From NCBI GenBank assembly GCA_043228905.1, contig JBHGNT010000012.1, forward strand, positions 6,820,001-6,884,000: 64,000 bases of DNA. The letters run 5' to 3'. This document shows positions 1 to 13,264 of this stretch, piece after piece (within the stretch, counting starts at the first letter, position 1; each line of letters begins with the position of its first letter). A program made the position numbers and the translations under genes. Below the pieces are notes generated by a model, which was not told where the DNA came from, did no database searches, and saw nothing but the letters and a program-made list of their open reading frames with translations. The DNA is from Azolla caroliniana. Taxonomy: Eukaryota; Plantae; Polypodiophyta.

Positions 1-2371
1 CCTCCGAATCGATTATATCAAAATCAGTTTCGATTAGATCGGATGGAGTTGAGTCATCTGTGTACCAAGATGCCGTGTCGTCGAATATGACAACCCTACT
101 CACTCTTATCTTATTGGTAGAGGGGTTGAAGCACTTATACCCCTTTTGTTCGAGAGAGTACCTACAAGGATACACTTCTTCAATTTCGGATTAACCTTTT
201 GCCACTTTTCATCGGGAATGTGTACAAACACGATAGAGCTGAATATCCGTACATGGGATAGATCCAACTTCTTTCCATAGAACTTCTCGTGGGGGGGTGA
301 CATCGTGCACTCTGGATGATGTGCACCGATTGATTATAGACGGTCGTGTTCACTGCTTCAGCCCAGTAGAATTTCGGTAGACGTTTCTCGTTCATCGTTG
401 CCCTTTCCACCTCATGTATATGTCGGTTCTTTCGTTCGGTCGGCTACTCTGTTTTGCTGAGGTGTGTGTCGGCTGGTGAACTCCTGCCGAATTCCTTCTT
501 GTCGAAGGTATGTTGTGAAGGCATCAGAGAAATACTGCTTGCTGCCATCCAATCGAAGGAATTAGACATGGCGACCAGTTTCCTTTTCAACTTCGTTTTT
601 GAATTTTTGGAAGTGTGTGAACACGTTGCTCTTCTACTGCATAGGGTAGATCCCTGTGTGCATGGAGAAGTCATCGATGAAAGTCACATAGTATCGGCAA
701 CTACCGAATGTTGCCATTTTGGCTGACCCCCATACATATGAATGTACTACATCTAGGATCCCTTTGCTCATGTTCCTCTCCTTTGGGAATGGTTGGTGTT
801 ACTTGCAAAACTGGCAGGCTTCACATACACCTGTAATCTCCTTCTCGGTAAAGGTTGGAAGTTCGATGAAGACTCCTTTTTACTGCAATCCTTTGAGCTT
901 CTGGAAATTAATGTGGCCGATTTCTTTTGTGCCACAGTTCAATGTTGGCATCGGTTTTATGGACCTTGACAAACATTGCCAATTTCATCTCGTGAGAATC
1001 AAGGATGAACATTTGGCCTTCTCTTCGACCGCGAGCGATAATTCGGCCTTCCTTTTCGATGAAGCAACCACCGTTGTTAAATCAAACTTGCAGGCCTTGT
1101 TCCACAATCTGGCCAACCGAGACCAGATTCTTCGTTATCGTTAGAACATGCAAGACTTTCTTGATGTAGGTTTGGTTGCCCTTTTCGCCGAAAGGGACGT
1201 TTCCAACATGTTGAATGGGGTGAATTGTGTCATCCCCAATTTCCACATAGCCGGGTCGTTCGGGCTTTCATAACTCTCGAAACCAATCTTCATGAGACGT
1301 CATGTGGTTGGATTCACCCGAGTCGACAAACCATACATTTTCTGAGTTGGAGGTACTTGTCGGGCATGATTCCATCATCGAATTCGCTCTGTGTTGCATC
1401 ATGAACATTCCGCCACGATCGTCGTACTCGGAGTTTGAGGCATAGTTGGTGAGTTGTTGGCTTGTGAGGGCCCACTCACTCTTCTTCTTCCAACACTCTA
1501 CCTCATAGTGGCCGAATTTGCCACGGTATCCGCACTGGACGGAATTGTTTTGTCGGCTGGGTCCAGCATGATTGCTCCCCCTTCTACTAGACTCTCTGCC
1601 TCGCGCGTTTGAAACATCTTACTGGTAGTAGAAATTGTAGTCTTGGGGTTGTTCTTGGTTGTGTCGGCCTTGGCCGAATCGATCTCTTCTTCCCTGACCT
1701 TGTCCTCTTCCTCCATCGAAATTCGAATAGAGCATGTGTCCTTGCACATTGCTTCTTGTCCGAACATGATTTTCTTTGACCAGTAGCATCGACTGGAAAT
1801 CGAAGGAGGGAGGATTCTCCCTTGCGAGGATGACCAACATTATCGTGCCGAACCGAGGTGCCAAGCCACTGAGGCATATCTGCACCATTTCATCATTGTC
1901 AATGTTGACGTTGATGGACCCGAGGGCATCGCATAACTCCTTGATCTTCAAGGTGTAGCTGCCGATTGACATGTCCCTCTATTGTATGCCGTTCAACTCT
2001 TGAGGGAGTTGAAGCTTTCTTGCGTTCGTGTTGGCTGCAAGTATCTTTTTCAGATTCCCCCAAACCTCCTTCAACGTTTTGGCCTCTTGGATGTAGTTGA
2101 GCATGTGATCATGAATGCACGATACAAGGCAATACAACACACAAATCGCCACTTGCTCCCGAGCTAGGTAGTCAGCATGTGTTGGGTTGGGTTGTGTTTC
2201 TTGTGCTCCTTCAATATAACTCCAATAACCTTGGCTGACAAGGTATTGGTGCATCTTGTACTCCCAAGATGCAAAGTTGTTTCTGTCGTGTTTCTTGGTG
2301 GGAAGAGCGCTTCCCATTTGAGTATTCATGTTTTCTTCTTCTTCTTCTCTTGATATGAACTGTGCAAGTTG
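1..2371 (-). mobile_element. Ty1/Copia LTR retrotransposon family A, internal part (gag-zinc knuckle-protease-integrase, degenerate); continues past the left edge
   Basis: Minus-strand fragments encode gag (NNFASWEYKMHQYL, ARKLQL), WFVDSG protease near 1330, and integrase (LPKFYWAEAVNT, KCILVG). Homologous to 40488-43834. Its PBS and 5' LTR lie at 15165-15475, beyond the inserted element. Confidence 0.9.
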
Positions 2372-2995
2372 TGTTAGGAATATGTCCCTCCATTGGGAGG
2401 AGCCAACTGCTCAGAGAGAGCTGGCAGTTGAGAATTCAACTCAGAGAGAATTGATTGAGGTCGAACACACGACCGGCTAGTTGGGCCGACCGGATGGTCG
2501 ATGACTAGGTCGACTAGTCGGACCGACTCGACAGTCGACGAATGAGTCGGCTGATTAGTAAGATTGCTATTATTATTATCATCGGATAATAATAATGACC
2601 AAGATTGTAAATAGCCCATTCTGTGTATTAGTATAAATACACCTAGGGCAAACAGAATGGAGTGTGAGAGATTGTGAGAATAGTGTGTGTGGTCCTCTGT
2701 TGTAGTTAACGATAGAGAAGTGCGAGAACGTGAAGGGAGTCTGTGTGAGCGGCGCCATAGATGTGTTTTGTAACGGCATACGCCAAGAGCCCTGCGCGGT
2801 TGATACACTCGGTGTAGAGAGTGTTGTACTCTAATCTCGTTATTGTATATCCATTGTATAGTGAAGCTATGTTCTTCGTGGTTTTTCTCCCGCTTTAGGG
2901 TTTCCACGTAAAATCTGTGTACACTTTCTTTTGTGTTTCTGAACTGTGTATTACAACGCATTCCTTCTTGTGGATTGACGATTCGTTTCTCTACA
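2372..2995 (+). repeat. 5' LTR of Copia 2372-15071
   Basis: TGTTAG...CTACA ends, TATAAATA at ~2632, direct repeat of 12784-13264 plus 14945-15071. Confidence 0.92.
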
Positions 2996-3023
2996 ATCTG
3001 GTATTAGATCTTGAGGTGCAAGC

Positions 3024-4168
3024 ATGGAAGGAGGTGTGAGTGGCTTCTCAAGAATGATAGTTCTAAACTCTCAGAACTATGTAGAATGGAAGATAAAGAT
3101 GGAGGACCTTCTCATAGTCAAAGACCTGTATCAGTCGATCGATAGAGCAGAAATATCCATAGGGGTATTAGAGTCGGAATGGAAACTTCTTAACAAAAAG
3201 ACGGTGGCTACCATCTGACAATGCATCGATGTAAGTGTCCTTCAACATGTGGAGAATGACACAAATGCCCACGAAATGTGGTAGAAGCTGTCAGGTCTAT
3301 ATGAGAGGAAGAACGCCCTCAATAAAACCTCACTGATGAGAAAGATCGCATGGTTGAAATACAGAGACGGCGAGAGCATCGTCGAACACATCAACACATT
3401 CATGGGGTATGTAAATCAACTTGTTGCAACCAAGTTTCCCCTTGATGATGCTATGCAGGCCATCCTGCTGATGTGCACACTGCCGGATAGGTGGGAAAAC
3501 TTGGTGGTTACTCTCAAGCCCTCATGTCAAGAAGAGAACTTGTCTTTACAAGCGGTGAAGACAAGCATCCGGAATGAGGAAGCGAGAAGGAAGGACAAGG
3601 GTGTCCTAGTCCAGTCGGAGTCAAATTTGACTCAACACATCGTAGAGGAAGGAACTGGCAAAGAAGTCCACCAAGGAGAGAAAAGTCTCAAGCCAGGTCG
3701 AAGTCTAGAGGTAAGCTCGTGTGCTTCTATTGTGGAAATCCTGGACATTTCCAGAAAGACTGCTGACACCTTAAGAGGGAAAAGAGTGTCAGTAATAATG
3801 TCGAACTAAGGAAGATTCTTGAAGAAAAGTACACTTCAACCATTGCTACGAGCAATGAAAAACTTTTGTTCATTTGTGAACAAACAAGTGCAAATCTTGC
3901 AAGCGAAGAATGCACTTGGGTGATCGACTCTGGTGCATCCTTCCACATAACTCTGTCAAGAGAGTATTTCTCGACTTACATAGCCGGTGATCATGGTTAT
4001 GTAAAGATGGGTGACAGTGGCGAGTGCAAGATAGCCGGAATTGGAAGTGTCTACTTGACGACGTCGACAGGGTGTTGGTTAACTCTGAAGGATGTTTGAC
4101 ATGTACTAGATATTAGATTGAATCTGATATCGACTAGAAGACTGAACGACGAGGGCTATAGTGGCAGC
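3024..4168 (+). pseudogene. gag-pol: Copia gag-protease, 5' part
   Basis: LNSQNYVEWKIKMEDLL, UBN2-like gag, CFYCG knuckle, WVIDSGASFH protease; stops and frameshifts; interrupted at 4169. Confidence 0.9.
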
Positions 4169-4616
4169 TGTCATGAATCCATGAACATTATGCTTCACCT
4201 AGACTTGAACCTAGAATTTTGTATAACGAAATTTGAAGCCTAAGCATTAAGGTAACCTATCAGAACGTGAATTGATAAAGGCTACTTTGCATAGTGATTA
4301 TTGTATCAGAGAAACTTTTGGAACTTTCTAGAACATTCTTGAAATCTTCTAGAACATCCTAGAATATTCTAGGTCCAGAACATTCTAGAAATCTCTAAGC
4401 TATTCTATAGAAACCTATAAATAGAGACAAATAGATCATATCAAATCAATTCGAATCAACACCAGTCTTAAGCTCCAAGCCTACCTTGTATCCAACTCAT
4501 CCTTGTACTCATTCTATTCTAATAAATCCACTATTCTCTTATCAATCCATTCTCCTCTCTTCTCCTATTCTCTTATACCTTCCTTCAATCATTCAATCTC
4601 TTGCTTTGGTTTGACA
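4169..4616 (+). repeat. 5' LTR of Tcn1-like chromovirus
   Basis: Direct repeat of 9441-9898; TATAAATA at 4416. Confidence 0.95.
4311..4390 (+). promoter_or_regulatory. Heat-shock element (nGAAn/nTTCn) array upstream of LTR TATA box
   Basis: Alternating GAA/TTC at 5-bp spacing, e.g. TTCTAGAACATTCTTGAA. The 3' LTR copy has 7 perfect units at 9583-9615. Confidence 0.75.
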
Positions 4617-4670
4617 GTTTGATTCAAATTTCTTCCCCTTTACCTCTTCCACAAACACTAGTCAGTACCC

Positions 4671-7600
4671 ATGGCTACTAGCAACCCACAAGAATACCTC
4701 ACCCTTGTTGTAGAAATGGAGAATCTCAAAAGCAAGTTTGCATCACTAGAGCTAGAGAATCAAGGACTACTTGAAGATCTACATAAGGTTTCTGTAGAGA
4801 AGCAACAAATACACGACGAGTTTACACGAAGGGATCAACAATTAGAGTCGGCAATTGTAGCTTTACAACAACTAAAAGTCGATGGTCAAGGAGTTCTTAA
4901 GGAGCCCAAAATCAGCCTCCTAGCTAAATTCGATGGTTCGAGAGCACATTTTCGGGGTTTTATAAATCAAGTGCGGTTGGTGATCCAGATGCATCCCACG
5001 TATTATCCGACGGATTCATCTCAAGTCGGGTTAGTGGGCACTTTATTGACTGGCACGACATTGTCATGGTTTGCTCCATTGCTAGAAGCAAATTCTCCCC
5101 TACTTAACAACTTTGAAGAATTTATCAAAGAGTTTGAGGCTTGCTTTGGAGACATTGATAGTGTAAGAACGACAATCAACAGGATTCACACACTATGGCA
5201 AGGGGATCAACCAACATCAACGTATGCAAACAATTTTCGTCTCATTGCAAGTGATATTCCTTGGGACAAACAAGCCCTAATGGAGCAGTTTCATTCGGGC
5301 CTCTGTGGAGATGTAAAAGATTTACTGCTTACCTTCCCTGAGGATCCAAAATCCCTTACAGAATCAACTTTTTGAGCATCAGTCCAAGTGACAACAACAA
5401 CAAACAAGATCAAGATTTACACGAACTTATGCATCAACGATGACACAATCTCCAAGGCAACAATATAGCCCCATCCCAACTCCACGACAAACACGTAGCC
5501 TAACACCAATGGATAGCCCGACACCGATGGAGATTGATATGACTTGGCGACGAGGACCGTTATCGGATGAAGAGAAACAACATTGTCGAGCAAATCGACT
5601 ATGTTTATATTGTGGAGATCTAGGACATATTGCCATTCACTACCCGCACAGACCGAGACGTCAGGTACATCACATTAACTATGATAATAGAAATGAGTCT
5701 AGCATCGTTGAAGCTGTGCCAACTAGTGATTCTAGTAATCCAACTCTATCCAATAAGTTTGAGGTCCTAAGCCAATTAGAACAAGAGTCAAATGAATAAG
5801 TCCGTCCAAAATCGGAGCCGTTTGGTTGGACAATCCTAGATCTATACAACCTAGTGTGGGTTCCATCTTTGCCAAGCATGTTAGTAGAGTTTTCTCTGCC
5901 CAAGTACAAGTTAGGACACCAAGTTGTCAACTTCATGTCCCAACTCTCTTAGATACCGAAGCCAATTCTTGTTTCATGAATAGAGATTTTGCCTGAAAAC
6001 ATCAAATACCCTTGCATAAACTTCCTAGCCCAGTTTTTGTAGTAGTGATTGATGGACGTCCCATAGCTTCTGGAAAGCTATTTGAGGAGTCTGAGCCGAT
6101 ACACATACACTTAGATGATTTAGGATGTGTAGTTTTGTTTAACATAATCCGTAGGCCTGAGCATCCAATAGTCATTGGTTTGCCATGGTTCGAGCTACAC
6201 AACCCAGGAATCCGTAGGCCTGAGCATCCAATAATCCATAGGCCTGAGCATCCAATAGTCCTTGGTTTGCCATGGTTCGAAATTAGGTGCCCTTCAAAAG
6301 GAAACATAGTAGTCAAGGGTCGAACCCAGGATCCTCCTCTTGAAAAACATAGTGTTACCAATTCACCTTCTACCAAACACGTTATTCCTTTTCATCAGAT
6401 TTCAACCATCACCCTACAACAATTATGCCACGAAGGAGCAAAAGAAGATTTATTCTTATTTGCCATATTAGTTGCACCTTCTAGTGACACTCAAGGGAAG
6501 TCAAAGGTCTACATTCCTAAAAAGTACCAAGAATTGCTGATGTCTTCGACAAATTCAAAGCTAGTGTACTTCCAAAGCATCGGCCATACGATTGTCCCAT
6601 TGATCTAAAGCCAGGAAAAGAGCCACCATGGGATGCGATCTACAATCTATCACCAACGGAGCTTGAGGTTCTTCGAGCATACATCGACGTGGGTTTATTC
6701 GACATTCAAAGCCTCCAGTTGGTGCTCCTATCTTTTTCGTGAAGAAAAAGGACGACTCACTTCGTTTGGTCGTGGATTATCGGGGATTAAATAAAGTCAC
6801 AATAAGAAATAGGTATGCTCTACCTTAAATTTCCAGTCTTTTAGAGCGCATTGGTGGGGCAAAGAATTTTACCAAAATTGATCTAAGGGGTGCATATAAT
6901 CTTGTCCGTATTCGACCGGGAGACGAGTGGAAGATTGCATTTTGCACTCGGTATGGCCATTTCGAGTATACAGTAATGCCTTTTGGGCTCATAAATGCTC
7001 CCACCGTGTTTCAGCATATGGAAAATGACATTTTCTGAGATTTTCTAGATATCTTTCTCATCATCTATTTAGATGATCTATTGATTTACTCTAGAGCATA
7101 GGCGGAACATGATATACATGTGCGGAAGGTACTCCAATGCTTAAGAGAGTATGATCTTTATTCCAAACTGGAGAAGTGCAGTTTTGATTGCAAAGAAGTT
7201 GAGTTCTTGGGTTATACCATTTCATCCAAAGGTATCTTCATGGATCCAACAAAAATTCAAACAATATTGGAATGACATACTCCAAGTTTCCTTGGATTTG
7301 CCAACTTCTACCGCAAATTCATATGGAATTATTCGAAGATTGTATTGCTACTCACTCAACTCACCAAGAAAAATCAAGCGTTTGTTTGGACTCCTGAAAC
7401 GGACAAAGTCTTTACTCAGTTGAAAGAGGCATTCACATTAGCTCATGTCTTAGCTCATGTTGATCCAGAAAATCCATTTACCATTGAGGCAGATACATCC
7501 GACTTTGCATTGGGGAGCATCTTATCACAACCAGGTGAAGATGGGCAGTTGCATCTAGTCGCGTTTCACTCAAGAAAATTTAATGTTGCGGAGATCAACT

Positions 7601-9430
7601 ACGAGGTGCATGACAAAAAGTTACTAGCTGTGGTCGACTCTTTTACGCAATGGCGACATTTCTTGGAAGGTTCGCTTCATCAAATCATCATTTATAGTGA
7701 CCACAAAAATCTTACATATTTTCAGATGGCTCGAGTGCTAAATAGGCAACAAGCTTGGTGGGCACAATATTTAACTCGTTTTGATTTCAAGATCATTTTC
7801 CATCCGGTGAAACAACAAGGGCAAGCAGATGCTCTATCTCGATGCTCATATTTGGCACTTTGCCCTGGAGATCCAGCTTTCGACAATCAAAAGCAAGTTC
7901 TCCTTGGTTGAACAAAACTACAAGCAACCACAGTTTGTGCCACGCCACTAGATTCAAGTCTTCTTGATACTATTCGAGAATGACTTCACTCTGATGATTT
8001 TGCTAAGGATGTCATCGCCCACCTTGGTCCAAATCATGCATTGCTAGGGACATCTCGATGCTACAAGGAGTTCAAACGGCAAGATAACTTACTTTTCTAC
8101 AAGAATCTCCTTTATGTCCTTGATGGATCACCATGCCTTTGAGTGTTGGAGCACTATCATGATGCCCATATGGCCGGACACTTTGGTATTGCCAAGACCA
8201 TGGAGCTAGTGAAGCGATAATTTTGGTGGCCTCATTTACAACAATTTGTTGAAGATTACGTTGGCTCATGTGACACATGTTGTCGAGCCAAAATGACTAA
8301 GCATCATCCTTATGGGTTGTTACAACCATTGCCGACTCCGAGCAAGCCATGGCAGTCAATTTCTATGGATTTCATTACAGATCTGCCACCTTCACAGGGT
8401 TTTGATGCTAGTTTAACCGTAGTGGATCGATTTACCAAGATGGCACATTTTTTTCCCTTTGTAAAGAGACAACAGATATCATTATGCGTGAAGTATTTCG
8501 CCATCATGGTCTTCCAAACGACATAATTAGTGATCGTGGTCCGCGATTTATCTCACTTTTGGAAGCACCTATGTAACGGGCTCCGAATCTCTTGCAAACT
8601 CTCTTCAACATATCATCCCGAAACTGATGGCCAAACAGAGCGCACAAATCAAACACTTGAGCAGTATCTTCGATGTTTCATCAGTTATCAACAAGATGAT
8701 TGGAGTCATATATTGCATCTTGTAGAGTTTGCATACAATAACACCATACACTCTTCTACCAAGGTCACACCTTTCTATGCCTATACTGGCAACCATCCTC
8801 GATGGTGTCTCTTGGACATTCCAGTGATCTCACCGAACCCTAGTGCGGAGTAGCACCTCCACCAATTGCAACACCTCCAGTTCGAGTTGTCTTCACATCT
8901 TTAGAAAGCTCAAGCCTAACATAAGGCCCACATAGATCGACATCGTCTTCCGTCTCCATTCAAGATTGGTGATCGGGTATGGTTGTTACGCCGTCACATA
9001 AAGACTACTCGACCATGTGATAAGCTAAATTATAAACGCTTGGGTCCTTTTGTCATCATGGAGCGGATTAATGATGCAACATTCCATCTTGATCTTCCTG
9101 AAAATTTGCGGCTTCATCCAGTCTTTCACAGCTCTCTTTTGGAACCTTACCACACTAGCTCGATTCCCAATCGTGTCGTGTCGCCGTCGCCGCCTCTCCA
9201 ACTTGTTGATGGCCTAGAGTATGAGGTAGCCTCCATTCTTGATTCTAAGATTGTGCGCAATAAGTTGTATTACCTAGTTGATTAGCTAGGGTATACCCCG
9301 AACGATCGCACATGGGAACTTGTCGATAATGTTTGTAATGCTCAAACTCTTATTGACGACTTCCATCGTCCCTATCCCAACAAACTCGGTCCTGCATTGC
9401 TAACAACTCCTTCCACTTGTCATTTTAAGA
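4671..9430 (+). pseudogene. gag-pol: Chromovirus gag (PEG10/Ty3-like, CLYCG knuckle) and pol (PR, RT, RNase H, integrase, chromodomain)
   Basis: PMEID gag motif, YLDD RT near 7065, EADTSDFALG RNase [11 protein letters not shown] integrase, EYEVASILDSK chromodomain; many stops and frameshifts. Confidence 0.92.
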
Positions 9431-9440
9431 GGAGGGATAG

Positions 9441-9898
9441 TGTCATGAATCCGTGAGCATTATGCTTCACCTGGACTTGAACCTAGGACTTCATATTACG
9501 AAATTCGAAGCCTAACCATTAAGGTAACCTATCAGGACGTGAAATGATAAAGGCTACTTTTCATAGTGATTATTGTATTAGAGAAACTTCTAGAACTTTC
9601 TAGAAAATTCTTGAAATCTTCTGGAACGTCCTAGAATATTCTAGGTCTAGAACATTCTAGAACATTCTAGAAATCTCTAAGCTATTCTATAGAAACCTAT
9701 AAATAGAGACAAATAGATCATATCAAATTAGTTTGAATCAACACCAGTCTTCAGCTCCAAGCCTACCTTGTATCCAACTCATCCTTGTACTCATTCTATT
9801 CTAATAAATCCACTATTCTCTTATCAATCCATTCTCCTCTCTTCTTCTATTCACTTATACCTTCTTTCAATCGTTCAATCTCTTGCTTTGGTCTAACA
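9441..9898 (+). repeat. 3' LTR of Tcn1-like chromovirus
   Basis: Follows PPT; direct repeat of 4169-4616. Confidence 0.95.
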
Positions 9899-9903
9899 GC
9901 AGC

Positions 9904-12767
9904 TTCCGAAACGGGAAATGGAAGTTCTGCCGAGGAAATCTTATAGTGGCCCAAGCACAGAAAGAAGGCACATTGTATGTGATGCAAGCCCGACTGTGCA
10001 AGTCAGAAGGGAATGTGGCAGCCGACTCGACAAGACAGATATGGCATAAGAGTTTAGGCCATATGAGTGAGAAGGGACTGCATCTGTTGGCTGACCAGAA
10101 GCTTCTACGAGATGTAAAGGGAGTGCACCTGGAGAAGTGCGTTGATTGCTTAGTCGGAAAGCGGAATGGAGCAACATTCCACACACGGCCACCGAGAAGA
10201 AGAGAAGCTGCACTGGAACTGGTACACCCGAATGTGTGCTATGTAGATGCTCCGTCACAGCGAGGCGGACAATACTTTGTGACCTTCATCGATGACAGTC
10301 GGAAGTTGTGGGCTTTCGTACTAAAGTCAAAAGATCAAGCATTGTCGTTCTTCAAGGACTTCCAGGCAAGAGCCAAACGAGAGTTGGGTCAAAAGTTGAA
10401 GACTGTCTGAATCGACAATGGTGGCGAATATAAATGGTAGTTCGAGGAATACTGCAAGGCCCAAGGTATTCAAATCGAATACACAGGATCGAAGACCCCT
10501 GAGTTGAACAGACTTGCAGAGAGGATGAACTGGACAATCATGGAGAGAGTAAGAAGCATGTTGTCGCATGCGAAACTACTGAAAATATACTGGGCTGAGG
10601 CGATCTACACAACTGTTTATCTGATCAACAGGTCCCCCTCAGTACCGTTGAAAGGTGATGTCCCACAAAGGGTGTGGATAGGAAAGGATGCCTCCTACGG
10701 ACACATGAGGGTGTTGCATGTAGCTAAGGATCAGAGGTCAAAGTTCGACAGTAAGTCGAAACCACGCATATTCATGGGATACTCGGAAGATGAGTTTGAC
10801 AGTAAGTTGACAAGGAGGTAATGAGGAGTCGGAACATAGTCTTCTTGGAAGACAAGACCATAGAGGGCTGAAAGCAACAAAAGTCGGAATCGACTAACCA
10901 CTCAACCTCCACTACTACTGTCGATTTGAGGCCAAGTGAACCGACACAGTTGGATGTTCGGAGACAGCCAGTCGGGATAGCCGATTCCGAGTCGGTTGAC
11001 TTGGAGAGACTGACCGACTATGAGTTTGCATTGGCTGAGGTGTTAAGGTCGATCGAGGAATATGAGTTGGAGTCGTCCAACCTTGAGAAGCCGATCAACA
11101 TATATGAACCCGAACAAAGAGGAGAGCCAGGAGAGACACCCGAACGAGAGCCGACAACGAGTGGAAGGAGATACCCACTTAGAGAAAGGAGAGGACCGAC
11201 GACATATGCCAATCGATACATTCTCTTGACTGATGAAGGCGAGCCATAGTGCTATGATGAAGCCATTGCCGATGAGCATAGAGAGAAATGGATGAGCGTG
11301 ATGCAAGGTGAGATGAACTCCTTGCACGAAAACTACACCTACGACCTGGTAGAATTACCAAAAGGTAAGAGAGCACTTAGGAATAAATGGGTTTACAAGG
11401 TGAAGACTGGAGAAATCGACAATGCACCTAGGTACAAAGCCTGCATTGTGGTGAAGGGTTTCCAACAGAAAAAAGGCATTGACTTTGACGAAATATTTGC
11501 TCTAGTCGTGAAGATGGCATCTATTAGAACTGTTCTGAGCATAGCTGCCAGCATGGATCTAGAGATTGAACAGTTGGATGTCAAGACGACATTCTTGCAC
11601 TAGGAGCTGGATGAAAAGATTTACATGTAGCAGCCCGAAGGTTTTGAGGAGGAAGGGAAAGAGAACCTGGTGTGTCGACTGAAGAAAAGCCTGTATGGGT
11701 TGAAACAAGCTCCATGCCAATGGTACAAGAAGTTCGAGTCCTTCATGGTGGAACGTAGGTTCCAGAAAACATAGGCTAATAATTGTGTGTTCGTCAAAAG
11801 GTACGATGAAGGTGACTTCTTAATTCTCTTGTTATATGTAGATGACATGTCGATAGTCGGTCAAGATACAAGGAAGATCGGAAGCTTGAAGAAAGCTCTA
11901 GGCAAATTGTTTGACATGAAAGATCTTGGACCGGCTAGACATAACTTAGGGATGCACATAGTTCAAGATAGAACTAAGAAAGTGTTGTGGTTGTCACAAG
12001 AGAAATACGTGACTAAGATCCTAGAAAGATTCAACATATCAGAAGCAAAGCTGGTCGACTCTGTGTTGCCGACTAGCTGCAAGTTAAATGCAAAGCAATG
12101 CCCGGGAGGGGAGAAAGAAAAGGCTGAGATGATGAAAGTACCATATGCCTCAGCCATCGGCGGTCTAATGTAAGCTATGGTTTGCACGAGACCAGCCATA
12201 GCATTTGCTGTGGGAACAGTAAGACGATACATGAGTAATCCAGGACGAGAACACTGGGTAGCGGTGAAATGGATACTCAGGTACTTAAAAGGCACCTCGG
12301 GTGTGTGTCTTAAGTATGGTGTCGGAAAACCCATGCTCGAAGGGTTTACCAACTTCGACATGTTGGGGGATGTGAACTCAAGCCGATCCACGTCAGGGTA
12401 TGTGATGACCTATGCAGGGGGAATGTTGACCACACAGGCAAAGTACATGGCAATGGTAGAGGCTGGGAAGTAGTTGATTTGGATGAGAAACTTTCTCAAC
12501 GAGCTGGGGATGAAGCAAAAGGATTTCTTGCTTCACTTTGACAGCTACAATGCCATACATCTAGCCAAGAATGCTGCATACCACTCTTGGACCAAGCACA
12601 TACATAGAAGGTATCATTGGCTATGGGAGAAAGTCGAAGAAGGGGAGTTTACCCTCGTGAAGATCCATACTGACGACAATGGATCTGACATGCGGACAAA
12701 GAACCTACCGATGGACCGACTTAGAGTTTGTCGACAGAGGATAGGAATAACGGACTCCTCCCCATAG
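9904..12767 (+). pseudogene. pol: Copia pol, 3' part (integrase, RT, RNase H)
   Basis: WHKSLGHMSEKG, YFVTFIDD, LLYVDDM, TKHI motifs; resumes the frame interrupted at 4169. Confidence 0.92.
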
Positions 12768-13264
12768 GAGTGAAGGTGGAGTTTGTTAGAAATATGTCCC
12801 TCCATTAGGAGGACCCGACTACTTGGAGAGAGCCGACAGTTGAGGAGTCAACTCAGAGAGAGTTGATCGAGGTCGAACACACGACCGACTAGTCGGGCCG
12901 ACCAGATGGTCGATGACCAGGTCGACTAGTCGACGAATGAGTCGGCTGATTAGTAAGATTGCGATTATTATTATCATTGGATAATAATAATGACCAAGAT
13001 TGTAAATAGTCATTCTATGTATTAGTATAAATACACCTAGGGCAAATAGAATGTATTGTGAGAGATTGTGAGAATAGTGTGTGTGGTCCTTTGTTGCAGT
13101 TAACGATAGAGAAATGCGAGAACGTGAAGGGAGTTTGTGTGAGTGGCGCCATAGCTGTGTTTTGTAACGGCATACGCCAAGAGCCCTGCGCGGTTGATAC
13201 ACTCAGTGTAGAGTGTTGTACTTTAATCTCGTTATTGTATATCCATTGTATAGTGAAGCTCCGT

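Larger units (their letters stand above)
4169..9898 (+). mobile_element. Ty3/Gypsy chromovirus, Tcn1/Tf1-like, complete but decayed
   Basis: LTRs 4169-4616 and 9441-9898 (TGTCA...T(G/A)ACA), perfect TSD GCAGC (4164-4168, 9899-9903), PPT AAGAGGAGGGATAG, gag-PR-RT-RH-IN-chromodomain. Confidence 0.95.

Noticed and set aside
6145-6281. Repeated IRRPEHPI motif in the protease region
   Set aside because: A local tandem duplication in a dead copy, not a new domain.
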